From positions 23,741 through 87,740 of IMG/VR virus record IMGVR_UViG_3300027722_000005: a stretch of DNA of 64,000 bases. One strand, written 5' to 3'. This DNA is from a virus. Below are positions 1-9,713 of this stretch, in pieces. A model generated the notes under the pieces. That model was not told the DNA's origin, did not search any database, and was given only the letters and a program-made list of their open reading frames with translations. Both the position numbers and the translations under genes were made by a program. Numbering within the stretch: position 1 is the stretch's first letter; each line of letters begins with the position of its first letter.

Positions 1-211
1 GATTGCACTTGGGGCAAAGTTGCCGCTCTTTCCCGATTAGCCAACCGTCCCGCCGTGCCGTCTTGACGCACTCCCGCAACGTCTGCCCGACGTAGTTGTG
101 CGGGAACTCGTTGTACAGGTGCGCCCGCGGATTCAGCGGTTCGCCGAACTTTTGCACCGGCGCGTCCTCGTTGTCGCAATACAGGTCTAGCGTGTATGCC
201 CCGACTTTCAC
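1..211 (-). CDS. Hypothetical protein, partial (CPKC motif)
   Basis: GTG start overlapping upstream stop; reads MKVGAYTLDLYCDN...GWLIGKERQLCPKC and runs off the window. Confidence 0.6.
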   Translation of the reverse strand, partial: MKVGAYTLDLYCDNEDAPVQKFGEPLNPRAHLYNEFPHNYVGQTLRECVKTARRDGWLIGKERQLCPKCN

Positions 212-390
212 AGTTCCCCCCTTTGCCGCCATTGCTCTTGCGGGCGTTCCCACGAACCAGGGCAGCGATTCGCCCTGTCACCGCCAAGCGCGGCAACGTG
301 GCGGCGAAACTTGCCATCGGATGACAGGCCAATTATTCGGCCACACCGCTTGCATTTGGCCTCGCCCCACTTTAGACTACGCTCGCTCAT
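208..390 (-). CDS. Small Cys-containing hypothetical protein
   Basis: CKRC...H...C motif; ATGA overlap with upstream gene. Confidence 0.6.
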   Translation of the reverse strand: MSERSLKWGEAKCKRCGRIIGLSSDGKFRRHVAALGGDRANRCPGSWERPQEQWRQRGEL

Positions 391-1118
391 TCGGCCCTCC
401 ATCCTGTCTCTTCTGCCCAACGCTTGACGGTTTTGTCGGTCGGTGCACCGCGGCCGCTCTCCGCCAAAATGCGCCGCACATCATCCGGCGACAAGTTGCG
501 GCCATCGCCGTTCTGACTGGCGACAATGCCGCGCCAGTCTGCAATTTTGGCGACGGGCAGCGCGGCACTCGGCACACTTTCTGGCAGCGCGGGCAGAATG
601 TCGCCGGACAGCGCCGCCAGTGCCGGTTTTGTCACGACAAGGTTCGGCGCTCCGTGCGCAACCGCCGCCACTGCCGTCTCGTTGTCCGCGGCGATGCGCT
701 GCGCGTAGCCGGTCGAGATGACAATGCCGATGGTTGACGCGGCGACCGCCACGGACCACAGCAGCAAAACGCCGTCATGCCGCAAAACGGCGCCAATCTC
801 GACGCCACGAACGCCGGCCGCGATGCTTGGCGTGAGCACTGCCACGAATAGCGCGGCAGTGACCGACGCAATGCCGAGCAATGCCTTGGCGTCTTTGCGG
901 CTTGCCCAGACAGAAAACGCAAATGCGAACGCAAACCCTTCCACCGCCGCCATTGCCACGGACACTGCGGCGCTAGCCGGCACCCACCACGGCAGCCAGG
1001 CGGCGGGCAGCGCAAAGCCCTCGGCCCACAAGAGCGCCGTCACCCAGCGCGGAATGGCGGTCAGGACTGCGCCGATCTTGATAAGGTTGGCCTGCGTTGC
1101 GGTGTCAAGTCGTTTCAC
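387..1118 (-). CDS. Multi-pass membrane protein with possible C-terminal HTH (DUF2637/SpdA-like architecture)
   Basis: Four to five hydrophobic segments, Pro/Ala linker, terminal 'PTDKTVKRW' helix. Confidence 0.6.
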   Translation of the reverse strand: MKRLDTATQANLIKIGAVLTAIPRWVTALLWAEGFALPAAWLPWWVPASAAVSVAMAAVEGFAFAFAFSVWASRKDAKALLGIASVTAALFVAVLTPSIAAGVRGVEIGAVLRHDGVLLLWSVAVAASTIGIVISTGYAQRIAADNETAVAAVAHGAPNLVVTKPALAALSGDILPALPESVPSAALPVAKIADWRGIVASQNGDGRNLSPDDVRRILAESGRGAPTDKTVKRWAEETGWRAE

Positions 1119-1154
1119 AGTTGCGCCTCTCTCTTCCGATCCTGTAGGTCATGG

Positions 1155-1343
1155 CTACTCTTCCTCTTCCTGGCAGTCAGGGCAGATATGCTCATCGCCA
1201 TTCACCAGCCAGCCCCAACCCTCTAGCTTGTCGTCTACGCCACGGGCATCCCAACCGCCACCGGCCAGGGGCGTAAGGTCGAACTCTTCATTGCTCTCCA
1301 TGCACTTGTCACACGTCACCGTAACGTAGGCATCACTCATCAT
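1155..1343 (-). CDS. Small zinc-binding hypothetical protein
   Basis: CDKC...CPDC; GGAGG-type RBS. Confidence 0.65.
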   Translation of the reverse strand: MMSDAYVTVTCDKCMESNEEFDLTPLAGGGWDARGVDDKLEGWGWLVNGDEHICPDCQEEEE

Positions 1344-1567
1344 GGCAACTTCCCTCCCTCTTCTGGAAACGGTATACTTCTTGCAGAATCGCCGGATGGC
1401 CGCCCTCTCCCCCTTCTTCCCATCACCACTACCCCCGCCAGGCACACCCCTGCCACCACGCCCAGCACCAGCGCAACGCCTGCGCCTTCCGTGTCGCGCA
1501 TCGCCAGCAGCCACAGCGGGCCGGCGACCAGGGCGAGCGAGGCGGCGACGGCGCGGGTGGGGGTCAT
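1340..1567 (-). CDS. Small two-TM membrane protein
   Basis: Two hydrophobic stretches; stop/start overlaps on both sides. Confidence 0.55.
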   Translation of the reverse strand: MTPTRAVAASLALVAGPLWLLAMRDTEGAGVALVLGVVAGVCLAGVVVMGRRGRGRPSGDSARSIPFPEEGGKLP

Positions 1568-2010
1568 CGTGCGGCCCCCAGCCCGGCCAGCAGCACGGCG
1601 CGGACGATGGCGACGGCCTCAGTATCGGCAAAGGCGCCCCAAACCCCTATTGACATTTTTCTCAAGTCGCAATGCCAGCGCCTGCCGGGGCCCCTGTCGT
1701 CGGCGCGGTCTAGAGTGAAGCCGTCAAAGCCGGTAGTCAACTTCAACGCCGCCACAATGTTGCCGGACCAGTTCTCCCAAATGCCAGGATAGGGATAGTC
1801 TGGCTGATTCTGCGTCACGGGAAACACCTTAGTCCAGCGCCTATCGGGTGCCATGGCATCAAACTCGGGCATGAGCCAAACGGCCACGACTTCGCCCCGC
1901 GCGGCCATCCTGGCTTCCCCCTCCGGGTCGCGCCGCCAGCCCATCGCTTTGGCGACCAGGACATTCAGCTCCTTCGGCGTCGCGTTTCGGATCTCTTCCT
2001 CTGTCATCAT
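1564..2010 (-). CDS. Phage ABA-sandwich domain-like protein
   Basis: ELNVLVAKAMGW...WSGNIVAALKL...ADTEAVAIVRAVL pattern. Confidence 0.6.
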   Translation of the reverse strand: MMTEEEIRNATPKELNVLVAKAMGWRRDPEGEARMAARGEVVAVWLMPEFDAMAPDRRWTKVFPVTQNQPDYPYPGIWENWSGNIVAALKLTTGFDGFTLDRADDRGPGRRWHCDLRKMSIGVWGAFADTEAVAIVRAVLLAGLGAAR

Positions 2011-2429
2011 TCCTCCTCACACGGCGCGCTGCTTGCCAGGCACACCGCCCTAACCCTGGCGGCCAGCCCCGCCGCCGTCACTTCCTCGGGCAGCTCCCAG
2101 CGCAGCCCGGCGTACACCTCTGCCAGTGCCGCCTTGCCGCCCGCCGCGTACTTCGCTGCCTCGCGGGTACAACCGGCGCAGAAGGTCGTGCCCTCGTCGC
2201 CCAGGTCGGCATCGGTGATGATGTCGCCGGGCAGATGGCCGCACGACTGGCGCATCTGGTAGCGGGCCAGGGCCAGCTTGGCGCGGAGGGCGGAGCCTTC
2301 CATCTCGCTGGCGTAGGCCCAGGCGGCGGTGTTGTCAGCGGCTAGGCGGTCGATCTTGAGCAGCAGGGTGGCGTTGTCGCCTTGCAGTTGGGCGATCTCG
2401 GCGCGTAGTGTTTCGGTTGTCGGTTCCAT
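2007..2429 (-). CDS. Hypothetical coiled-coil/zinc-finger protein
   Basis: RBS GGAGG; CGH...CAGC motif. Confidence 0.6.
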   Translation of the reverse strand: MEPTTETLRAEIAQLQGDNATLLLKIDRLAADNTAAWAYASEMEGSALRAKLALARYQMRQSCGHLPGDIITDADLGDEGTTFCAGCTREAAKYAAGGKAALAEVYAGLRWELPEEVTAAGLAARVRAVCLASSAPCEEE

Positions 2430-2461
2430 CGGTCCTCCCCCGCGCAAGCCGTTGTTAGCGG

Positions 2462-2644
2462 CTAGGCCGCAATCCTGTCAACGACAATAGCCTTCACGGC
2501 TGCGCGTTCGGCAAGCGTGATGTCGGCCCATGCCTTGGCTACAATCTGAGGGATATCCCCATCTGGTGCTATAGTCTGAATGTAGAGCCTAGTTCCCTTC
2601 TGGTGCAGCTCGCAAAAATACTCAAATCCCTCGTGACGTGTCAT
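2462..2644 (-). CDS. Hypothetical protein
   Basis: 60-aa ORF with GAGGAG RBS. Confidence 0.55.
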   Translation of the reverse strand: MTRHEGFEYFCELHQKGTRLYIQTIAPDGDIPQIVAKAWADITLAERAAVKAIVVDRIAA

Positions 2645-2710
2645 TGCCGTTACTCCTCTCGCAGCAACCCTCTCTTCTCTTCCATAAACGAAAGCCCCGT
2701 CCGGCTTATC

Positions 2711-3157
2711 TCAACCGTCCAGGTCAATCGGGAACGCTGCCCGCATCCCGTCAATCTCACGCTGCATGGCCTCGCTGTTGGCCCGCGCTCGTTCCAACTC
2801 CGCCCGCAACTGCTCTATCCTGGCGCTCTGTTGCTCAGTCCTGGCGCGTTCCTCGCGGAGCGCCAGGGTCAGGTCTGCCCGGTCCTTCTGTAGTCGAGCT
2901 ATCGTCTCGCCCTGCCGCTCGACCTCTGCCCGCAGCTCCCGCGCCTCCATGAATAAGCGGGCACACTCCTCTGTGGCAACGCAGGCAACTTCATAGCCTT
3001 TCGTCGGCGCATCGGTTGCCCGCCGCTCGGTTTGAATTTCCCAATATTCGGTTTCTGGATTCCATTCCATTACCCACGGCTCGTCTAGTGGTGCCCAGGT
3101 TGACATCCCTGTTACCTTCCTTCCCACAATCGTTGCAATGCGCTCAGTCGTCATCAT
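2711..3157 (-). CDS. Hypothetical protein with C-terminal coiled coil
   Basis: LRAEVER...LRAELER heptads. Confidence 0.6.
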   Translation of the reverse strand: MMTTERIATIVGRKVTGMSTWAPLDEPWVMEWNPETEYWEIQTERRATDAPTKGYEVACVATEECARLFMEARELRAEVERQGETIARLQKDRADLTLALREERARTEQQSARIEQLRAELERARANSEAMQREIDGMRAAFPIDLDG

Positions 3158-3350
3158 CCGGCGCGAGAATCCCGTCTTCGATGAGCGCCTTTTCCACGTC
3201 CTGAATTGCATCCAAGACGTTCAGCGCAGCGGCGGCCATGTGCAGCCCCGTTTCCTCGCCCACCAGCGTAATCTCGGAATGGTCGTCAACCCATCCCGTC
3301 AAATACTCGGTGAGTTCATTCAGCAACTTCCCCCTCTGACTTGCGTTCAT
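3144..3350 (-). CDS. Small acidic hypothetical protein
   Basis: AAGGA RBS; 68-aa ORF. Confidence 0.6.
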   Translation of the reverse strand: MNASQRGKLLNELTEYLTGWVDDHSEITLVGEETGLHMAAAALNVLDAIQDVEKALIEDGILAPDDDD

Positions 3351-3466
3351 TTTTCCTTAATCCTTCCTGCCGCCTTAATGGCAGCAACCTTCTTCTCTGC
3401 CCTAATGCCAGCGCCCCGCCCTTTGTGGACGCATCGGCCCGACGTGTCTACGGCGGCGACGTGGCG

Positions 3467-3844
3467 CTAGCGGCGTTCGGACTCGCGCCTATCCCAATAC
3501 TCAGCAGTTTCCAGACACTCTCGCCTGGATTCGCTGCTCAGTTCCTCCAGGGTATCGTAGGCGCTATTCATGGCATCATCGCGGCGCTTGTACTCGGCCA
3601 CTTCTGCCCGCAGCCGTTCGACCTCGGCGTTCAGGCGGGCGACGGTAGCCAGCAACTCGGGCAGCCTTGCGATTGCCGCCCCGCGCTCCATTGCCTCTTT
3701 CCAGCCGGGGCTGCCAATGTCAACGGCCCGATGCTCCACGTACCTTGACGGCCTCGGCTCGGACAGTTGACAGACCACGCACTGCGCCGATGGCGAGAAA
3801 ATCACATTGCCCTGCTGTTCCCACGTTTCGCTTGCAATATCCAT
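3467..3844 (-). CDS. Hypothetical protein with coiled coil
   Basis: AIARLPELLATVARLNAEVERLRAE module common in phage accessory genes. Confidence 0.6.
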   Translation of the reverse strand: MDIASETWEQQGNVIFSPSAQCVVCQLSEPRPSRYVEHRAVDIGSPGWKEAMERGAAIARLPELLATVARLNAEVERLRAEVAEYKRRDDAMNSAYDTLEELSSESRRECLETAEYWDRRESERR

Positions 3845-4018
3845 GCTCCCCTCTCAAATGCCAGCGGCCCGCCGGCTATCTCAGCCGACGGGCCGCCATT
3901 CGCGCTTGCACATCGGCAACCTTTGCGGTACAATGTGCTTACGGCTAGACGCCGGCCTGTCGGCGTTGTGGTCGAGGCCGGCGGGGAGTGCTCCAACACG
4001 CCCCGCCGGCTGTCCAAC

Positions 4019-4213
4019 TCAGTCCCCCATTTCCGCTTCTCCTTGTCCGGTTGCCTCCTCTCCCTCTGGCGGGATGGCTTCGATCTCACCAAGCACCCAA
4101 CGCCGCAAGAGCCGCCTGATTGCCTGTGAAAGTGTGATGTCTTCTCTCGCTGCCTTTTCTACTGAGGCACGATCCAGGTCGTTGGGTATCCTGAACGTTC
4201 TCGTTTTCTCCAT
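4019..4213 (-). CDS. Ribbon-helix-helix (CopG/Arc-like) regulator
   Basis: TRTFRIP beta strand followed by AAREDITLSQAIRRLL. Confidence 0.7.
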   Translation of the reverse strand: MEKTRTFRIPNDLDRASVEKAAREDITLSQAIRRLLRRWVLGEIEAIPPEGEEATGQGEAEMGD

Positions 4214-4222
4214 CCCCCACCC

Positions 4223-4275
4223 TGTAACGCATTGTAACGCACCTGTCATTATACCACAGTTCCGCCGCTTGTCAA
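4223..4275 (-). promoter_or_regulatory. Sigma70-type promoter with tandem TGTAACGCA operator repeats
   Basis: TTGACA (4270-4275), 16 nt, TATAAT (4248-4253) on minus strand; tgtaacgca at 4223 and 4233. Confidence 0.7.
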
Positions 4276-4517
4276 TACCCCCGGCGCACCAATTTGCCAC
4301 TTTTGGCAACTTCCCGCATCACTCGTGCCCCTCGTCAACCGGGGCGCGGCGGAGCTGCCAGAGGGTCCACGCCACAAGCGCGATGAGCAAGACGGCGATA
4401 ACTACCATCGCCGCCCCCTCACGCGCCACACCTGCCCCTGGACACGCACCGGCCGCGGGTTGCGCGACTCACGGCGGGCGCAGAATGGGCGGTACTTGCC
4501 GGTAGGTGTAGGCATTT

Positions 4518-5327
4518 CTAGACCTCCTTATGTGCGGCAAACATAGCCGCCGGGCGTGACCACGTTCTTGCCAGCGCCTTCCACGGCTGCGGATAGTTGA
4601 TCCAATAATCGGCGGGTTGGTAGAGTTGCGCGAATGGCAAGCCGCCCAACTGCCACACAGCTTCTAGCCGTTCCCTTGCCGCCTCAATATCCTCGTCACC
4701 GTAGGCGATCAGCACGTACACCCGGCACTTTCGCCGGGGCAGGGCCAGCCGCTCGATGGCTCGCTCCAGTGGCTTGAGCGCCCCGGCGGTATCGGCGGCC
4801 AGAAAGACCTCAGAGATCCGCAAGCCTCGCAGCCAGTCAATGCGCCAATCGTCCAGGCGGCGTGCCTCAAGCCCGCCTGAAAAAATGGCATAGCGTTGCG
4901 AGTTGAGCATGCCCCCGACTCGCTCCAGGTGCGCCGGGCTGGCTTGTAGAATGTTGTTGTCCTGGATGATATAGCCCGGCGCAAAGTTGCGGATCTCACG
5001 CAACCGCCCCTCGCGCACATGCACCAGACACCACGGGCAGTTGTTGTTGCAGCCGTGCGTCGTGAACGTCACGCCCGCCTTGATGTACTGCCCCGGTGTA
5101 AAGCCGTTCGGGCAGGCGTCGAAGGCCGGGCCGCCCAGCTTGACGACAGGATAATAGAGCGCCCACGCCTCCGCCAGTCGTTGCCCCTCTGCCTGGTCCC
5201 AGGTGAACGCCACCGAAACGTGGACCTCAGCGGCGGTCGGTCGCCACAGCGGCGGATCGCCTACGAATGCCAGCGGGTCATCTGGCGTCAGGGCCGTTCG
5301 GCGCGGGAACACCCGAAGGATGGTCAT
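4518..5327 (-). CDS. Radical SAM-like protein
   Basis: TTHGCNNNCPWC (CxxxCxxC), N-terminal LGGPA, later DNNI motif. Confidence 0.75.
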   Translation of the reverse strand: MTILRVFPRRTALTPDDPLAFVGDPPLWRPTAAEVHVSVAFTWDQAEGQRLAEAWALYYPVVKLGGPAFDACPNGFTPGQYIKAGVTFTTHGCNNNCPWCLVHVREGRLREIRNFAPGYIIQDNNILQASPAHLERVGGMLNSQRYAIFSGGLEARRLDDWRIDWLRGLRISEVFLAADTAGALKPLERAIERLALPRRKCRVYVLIAYGDEDIEAARERLEAVWQLGGLPFAQLYQPADYWINYPQPWKALARTWSRPAAMFAAHKEV

Positions 5328-5632
5328 GCAGCCTCCTTCCTATTCCTCTTCTTCGTCTCGATCACGCCAACCGGCCGCCCGTTGACCTTCCGCCCTTCCA
5401 GCAGGGCAGCGCAACCCGGAACGCGCCCGGCGATTCGCTCCCTGGCCCGTTCCAGGCGACAGGCTACGGCCTGGTGGCTTACGCCCAACGCGGCGGCGAT
5501 CTCCATGTTTGTCATCCCCTGCCAGCGCAGCGCCATGACCGAGAGCTGCGACGGCTCAACCGCTCGCAAGATGTCGGCGACGGTATCCAGGTGACACAAA
5601 TAGTCCAGCGGTGTCACGGTGTAGCCCTCCAC
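5324..5632 (-). CDS. Sigma70 region 4-like HTH protein
   Basis: LRWQGMTNMEIAAALGVSHQAVACRLERAR. Confidence 0.75.
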   Translation of the reverse strand: MEGYTVTPLDYLCHLDTVADILRAVEPSQLSVMALRWQGMTNMEIAAALGVSHQAVACRLERARERIAGRVPGCAALLEGRKVNGRPVGVIETKKRNRKEAA

Positions 5633-6084
5633 TCCTCTGCTTTGAGCAGCGCCACGGCCGCCAGTCCCACGCCAATCGCATCTGCCTCATCCTCGGCGTT
5701 CTTGGCGTCCAACGCGCGGCCGGCGATGTCCTTGGCGATGGGCAACGCCTCCTTGTGGCAGCCGCTCGCCTTGACCTGCATCGCGTTGACCGGGAGCCAG
5801 CGCACGTCCCAGTGATCGGCGACGGACCAGCAGGCCCATTCGACGCCGCCCAATTTGCGGTTGGTGGCCATGTTGCGCCGGTCGCCGCTGGCTATCTCGT
5901 AGGCCAGCACGGCGGGGCCGGTGGTGTAAACCTTGTCGGTGAGCCAGCGCACGATGGACTTGACGCGCTCGCGCCAGTCGCTGCCGTGCGGCACGTAGAC
6001 ATTGCTGGCCCGGTATTCGCCGTCTTCGAATAGGGACCAGCCGACGGCGACGGTCGAGGCGTCGATGGCAAGGACGCGGGTCAC
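5614..6084 (-). CDS. RuvC-like Holliday junction resolvase
   Basis: VLAIDAS, LAYE and DEADAIG acidic catalytic pattern. Confidence 0.75.
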   Translation of the reverse strand: MTRVLAIDASTVAVGWSLFEDGEYRASNVYVPHGSDWRERVKSIVRWLTDKVYTTGPAVLAYEIASGDRRNMATNRKLGGVEWACWSVADHWDVRWLPVNAMQVKASGCHKEALPIAKDIAGRALDAKNAEDEADAIGVGLAAVALLKAEEWRATP

Positions 6085-6299
6085 ATTCCCCGCCTTCTGC
6101 GCTCGACGCTCAAGTCAATACCGGCCTCCCGTGTGAGCTGCTGCGCTGCCGCGTGCAATGCCGGGTCAACCGGCGCGAACGGTGCATCCAGCGGCCCGCC
6201 GGGCGTGGTTAGCGCCAGTTCGACAACCGCCGCCTGTGGTGCGCCGCGCAGGCGCTTGACGTGTTCGGCTACTCGCTGTGAATACGGCTGTACGCTCAC
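6081..6299 (-). CDS. Hypothetical protein
   Basis: GTGA stop/start overlaps. Confidence 0.45.
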   Translation of the reverse strand: MSVQPYSQRVAEHVKRLRGAPQAAVVELALTTPGGPLDAPFAPVDPALHAAAQQLTREAGIDLSVERRRRGM

Positions 6300-6502
6300 T
6301 CCCCACCCTCCATCGCCGCTGCCAGTCTCAGCGCATACACCACCGCCGCGCTCGCGTCGGGTGCCAGGTGCGCCCGCAACTGGTCCCACTGTAGCCCCGG
6401 CCCCCACGTCGCAGCCTCTACCCGTGCGGCGGCGATGATGGCATTGGCGCGGGCAAGGGCGGCGGCGAAGGCGCGCAACTCGGCAGGCGTGGGGGTGGTC
6501 AC
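6296..6502 (-). CDS. Hypothetical protein
   Basis: GTGA stop/start overlaps. Confidence 0.45.
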   Translation of the reverse strand: MTTPTPAELRAFAAALARANAIIAAARVEAATWGPGLQWDQLRAHLAPDASAAVVYALRLAAAMEGGE

Positions 6503-6903
6503 AGTTGCCCCTCTCTCTCGCGGGCCTCGCGCATCTTCTCCGCCCAGAACAGCATCGCCGCCGCCACTTCTGCGTCGCGCCCCGCCCGTTCCCGTTCCTG
6601 TTGCATGGCGATCTGCTCGGCCTGCGCCTGGCTCCGCACGACCTCGCATAACAGCTTGCCGTCCGGCTCCCTGTAGAAGTTGAGGCAAGCCCAATCGTCA
6701 CGGGCCAGCAGGTCGGCAACCATGCCCGGCTTCTGTTCGTTGAGGAGCGCCAGGCCGAACAGGCGCCGGCCTAGCGTTCGCTCCTTCTTGAGCGGCGAGT
6801 CGATCAAGTCCTGTAGCGTCCTGGCCCCGTCGCCCAAGTCAGAGTTGAGCACGTCTTCCAACGCCGAACGCGGGATACTGGTGTAAAGCTGGTGCGTAGT
6901 CAC
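6499..6903 (-). CDS. Hypothetical protein
   Basis: GTGA overlap; globular-looking sequence. Confidence 0.55.
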   Translation of the reverse strand: MTTHQLYTSIPRSALEDVLNSDLGDGARTLQDLIDSPLKKERTLGRRLFGLALLNEQKPGMVADLLARDDWACLNFYREPDGKLLCEVVRSQAQAEQIAMQQERERAGRDAEVAAAMLFWAEKMREAREREGQL

Positions 6904-7190
6904 CCCTGCCCCCTGCCCCGGATGTCCTTGGCGCAAGCCCGCGCCTCGGCAATTTGAGCCGCCGCAAAGTGCGACGGCCGCATGTCCAGCTCTTGCTGCA
7001 ACGCCTCCGCCCGCCGCTGACAGAGCAGGGCGCACGCCTCCCGCTCGGCTGCCACGTCGGCGGCGAGTTCGGCTTGCGCCCGTTCCAGTTCGGCTTGCAA
7101 TGCGGCGATTGCCGTCTCGTAGTCAAAGCATTGCATTTCCAGCAGGTACACCTTTTTCTCTTCCGGCGTCATGTCTTCAGGATTCGCCAC
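6900..7190 (-). CDS. Hypothetical protein (AAEREACA module)
   Basis: GAAAAGGA RBS; EREACA...DIR phage module, also seen in 25817-26269. Confidence 0.6.
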   Translation of the reverse strand: MANPEDMTPEEKKVYLLEMQCFDYETAIAALQAELERAQAELAADVAAEREACALLCQRRAEALQQELDMRPSHFAAAQIAEARACAKDIRGRGQG

Positions 7191-7209
7191 GGTCTTTTCC
7201 TTTCTGCCG

Positions 7210-8049
7210 TTACCAGCCGCGCCGCGGCCTGTTACGCAGCCAGTTCAACGCGATACCGCCAATTTGCCTCAATTCCCAACTGACGGTATCGGTTCCATAG
7301 TGCCGATGCTTACCCGCTAATGCGAGCCCGAGTTCTCCCACTTCTTCAAGCAGACCACGGAACCAATACCAGTTAGATGCGTCCTCCCAGGTATCACGGT
7401 GAGACTCGGCGTTGTTCCAAATCATCGCGGCAGCCTCGTCAACCAATTGTTCCGCGAGACGTGCCCGCGCCCCGTCCCGTTCCTGAATGGCCCGACAGAG
7501 AGCGCAATATTGTGGCTCGCCGTGCGGCGATGCCAGGAACGCAGCAGGGTGACCGCAGGCCATCGGCTCATGGAGGGCTGACCATTCGACAATCTCTGCC
7601 CGCAACCGCTCATTCTCTGCCCGTGCTGCCGTCAACTCCGCCATCACCGTCGAAAGCGCGGCCTTCTGGCCCTCGTACTGCGCCCGGGCCGCGTCGCGCT
7701 CGCCTTGCGCTTGCTCCAGTTCGGCCCTCTGCTGGATAGCAGCAAGTTGCCATCCCCCCGATTCGTGCTCGGCCGCTTTTCGCCCTACTCGTTCGCGCCT
7801 GGCGGTATTTGCCCATGCCGCTACCCACTTATTCGACTGCCCCAACTCTGCCTCCAGCCGCGTCACCCGTTCGCGCCACTCGTCGCGCTCGGCTTGCGCC
7901 CGCGCCACCTGGGCCAGCAGGTCGGCTGCTACAGCCCGGGCGCCCTCGGCGTGCAGGGCGGCGCCGTAGGGAAAGACAGGCGACGGGCCGCACGGCTCAA
8001 CCGGCGGGGCGTGCGTCTCGAAATTGTAGGGCTCGCGTGCTTCGGTCAT
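7210..8049 (-). CDS. Coiled-coil protein with C-terminal MazG-like domain
   Basis: LLEEVGEL...ELRQIGGIALNWL. Confidence 0.6.
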   Translation of the reverse strand: MTEAREPYNFETHAPPVEPCGPSPVFPYGAALHAEGARAVAADLLAQVARAQAERDEWRERVTRLEAELGQSNKWVAAWANTARRERVGRKAAEHESGGWQLAAIQQRAELEQAQGERDAARAQYEGQKAALSTVMAELTAARAENERLRAEIVEWSALHEPMACGHPAAFLASPHGEPQYCALCRAIQERDGARARLAEQLVDEAAAMIWNNAESHRDTWEDASNWYWFRGLLEEVGELGLALAGKHRHYGTDTVSWELRQIGGIALNWLRNRPRRGW

Positions 8050-8915
8050 CTTGGGTATTCCCTTCGGCGCAAATCGGCGGGCCATTCCGCCATGTTCTTG
8101 CTCACCCGCCCGTCCAGGTCGAGCGCCTTGACGAACACGCGCACCCCGGCCGCGTCGCATTGCTGCACCAGATCGCGCACCCATTCGACGTTGCACGGCC
8201 GGCGACGCGGGCCGGTTTCAGCGCCGATGATGATCTGATCGATACCCTGCGTCCAGGTGCGAACGTGGGCACCGGGCTTGTCCCACACGGTATAGAATTG
8301 CGTCAAGTCCACCGGCTCAAGCAGGGGCTCCATGCTCACGAACCGCACGGCGGCGGGTGTTTCCAGGAGTAGCGGGATATTCTCGTCGGCGCTCTTCTGC
8401 GTGCCCGCCGTGGTCCCAAGGCAGATATGGCCGTATCTGCTCATCGATAACCTGGTGACATGCTCCCACTGGCACACTACGTCGCGCATCCTCTCGGGGC
8501 GCTTGGTCAGGATGTAGAAGGTGTGCCAGTTCGCCGCGATCATGTTGGCAAACGCATGGTCGATAAATTCAAACGGCACCGGCTCGAAGGGCGTGCGTTG
8601 AAACTCGCAGCCCCGGCGGTCGCGTTCGTCGCCGTAGAACAGGTCATCCCACACGGCCCACGTTTGCGGCCTGCGTACCTTGAGCGGCTTGACCAGGGCG
8701 TCGCGGTCCAGGTGGATGCGCCCGTTAAAATGCGTGCCCGTCGTGATACCCTCGTGCCGGGCCGCCACTGCCTCATTCGGGTTCGCCTGGCGCTGCACGG
8801 CCATCTGGGCCGACCAGCAGTTCAGGCATTCAGGGCTACGGGCCTGGCAGCCGTGGACCAGGTAGTAAGCCCGGTCCCACCACAAGCCCTTCTCCGTTCG
8901 TCTTTGGTCAGTCAT
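8046..8915 (-). CDS. DUF5131 (phage Gp37/Gp68) family protein
   Basis: GC...SPECLNCW, DLF, ILTKRPER, RFVSMEPLL, IIGAETGP, FVKAL. Confidence 0.9.
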   Translation of the reverse strand: MTDQRRTEKGLWWDRAYYLVHGCQARSPECLNCWSAQMAVQRQANPNEAVAARHEGITTGTHFNGRIHLDRDALVKPLKVRRPQTWAVWDDLFYGDERDRRGCEFQRTPFEPVPFEFIDHAFANMIAANWHTFYILTKRPERMRDVVCQWEHVTRLSMSRYGHICLGTTAGTQKSADENIPLLLETPAAVRFVSMEPLLEPVDLTQFYTVWDKPGAHVRTWTQGIDQIIIGAETGPRRRPCNVEWVRDLVQQCDAAGVRVFVKALDLDGRVSKNMAEWPADLRRREYPR

Positions 8916-8928
8916 GGTTTCTCTCCTC

Positions 8929-9216
8929 TCAGTTCAGAAACACGGCAGGCGCGACATATCCGGCCTGCCCGCGCGCGATGGCCAGCGCGACTTGCTGGCG
9001 GTGCAACTGTTGGTGGACGGCAAGCAGCGCCTGCGTCTCAGCTATCAATGCCTGAAGCCGGGCGTTCTCGGCTGCCAGCCTGGCGGCCCGCTCGGACTCG
9101 ATGCGCACGAGCCCGCGCCAGTGGTCGGCCAGGGCGTTCAGGCGTTCCTCTTGCTCGCCGCGGCTGATGAGCAGGCCGGCGACGTAGCAGATAATGGCGG
9201 TTAGCAGGTAGAGCAT
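8929..9216 (-). CDS. Membrane-anchored coiled-coil protein
   Basis: N-terminal hydrophobic helix; AGGAGG RBS. Confidence 0.6.
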   Translation of the reverse strand: MLYLLTAIICYVAGLLISRGEQEERLNALADHWRGLVRIESERAARLAAENARLQALIAETQALLAVHQQLHRQQVALAIARGQAGYVAPAVFLN

Positions 9217-9224
9217 GGTTCCTC

Positions 9225-9713
9225 CTAATACGGCAGTTCGTCGTAACCGGCGAGCCAGCCGTCGCCGTTACCGCCACTTTCGCCATGTTCAAAGCGGGCG
9301 TAGCGGGCGGCGTGCCAGCCGAGTTCAGGTTTTGCCAGCCAGCGCCAGCCCTGCTGACTGTGAAAAGCGCCGTCTTCATCCCACCAGAAGAAGGCGTTGT
9401 TAAGGGCGGTTTCGTCGCTAAAGTTCTCCCAGGTGAGCACGACGGGGTGCGCTTTGTCGTTCAGCGCCAGCGCCGTCGCCTTTTCCCATTCGTCGGTCGT
9501 GGGATAGGTGCCCTTGACCTCGACCCACAGGCCGGGCCGGGGCAGGAAGAAGTCGGGCAGATAGCGGCCACTGCCGTTCAGGTCAAAGCCCTCGCGTTCG
9601 TATTCGTAGGCCAGGCCGAGCGCCCGGAACATGACGGCAAAGCGGGCCTCCTTGCGGCTGCGAAAACGGTCGCCGTGATATTTGGTTTCGATGGCTTTAA
9701 AAGTCGCGGTCAT
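9225..9713 (-). CDS. PD-(D/E)XK nuclease
   Basis: FRSRKEAR, YEYE, YLPDF, VEVKG. Confidence 0.85.
   Translation of the reverse strand: MTATFKAIETKYHGDRFRSRKEARFAVMFRALGLAYEYEREGFDLNGSGRYLPDFFLPRPGLWVEVKGTYPTTDEWEKATALALNDKAHPVVLTWENFSDETALNNAFFWWDEDGAFHSQQGWRWLAKPELGWHAARYARFEHGESGGNGDGWLAGYDELPY

Noticed and set aside
2440-2470. Integron attC site (GCTAACAACGGCTTGC on minus strand)
   Set aside because: Only the first half is present, with no complementary GTTRRRY end, and the tyrosine recombinase shows no obvious IntI insertion
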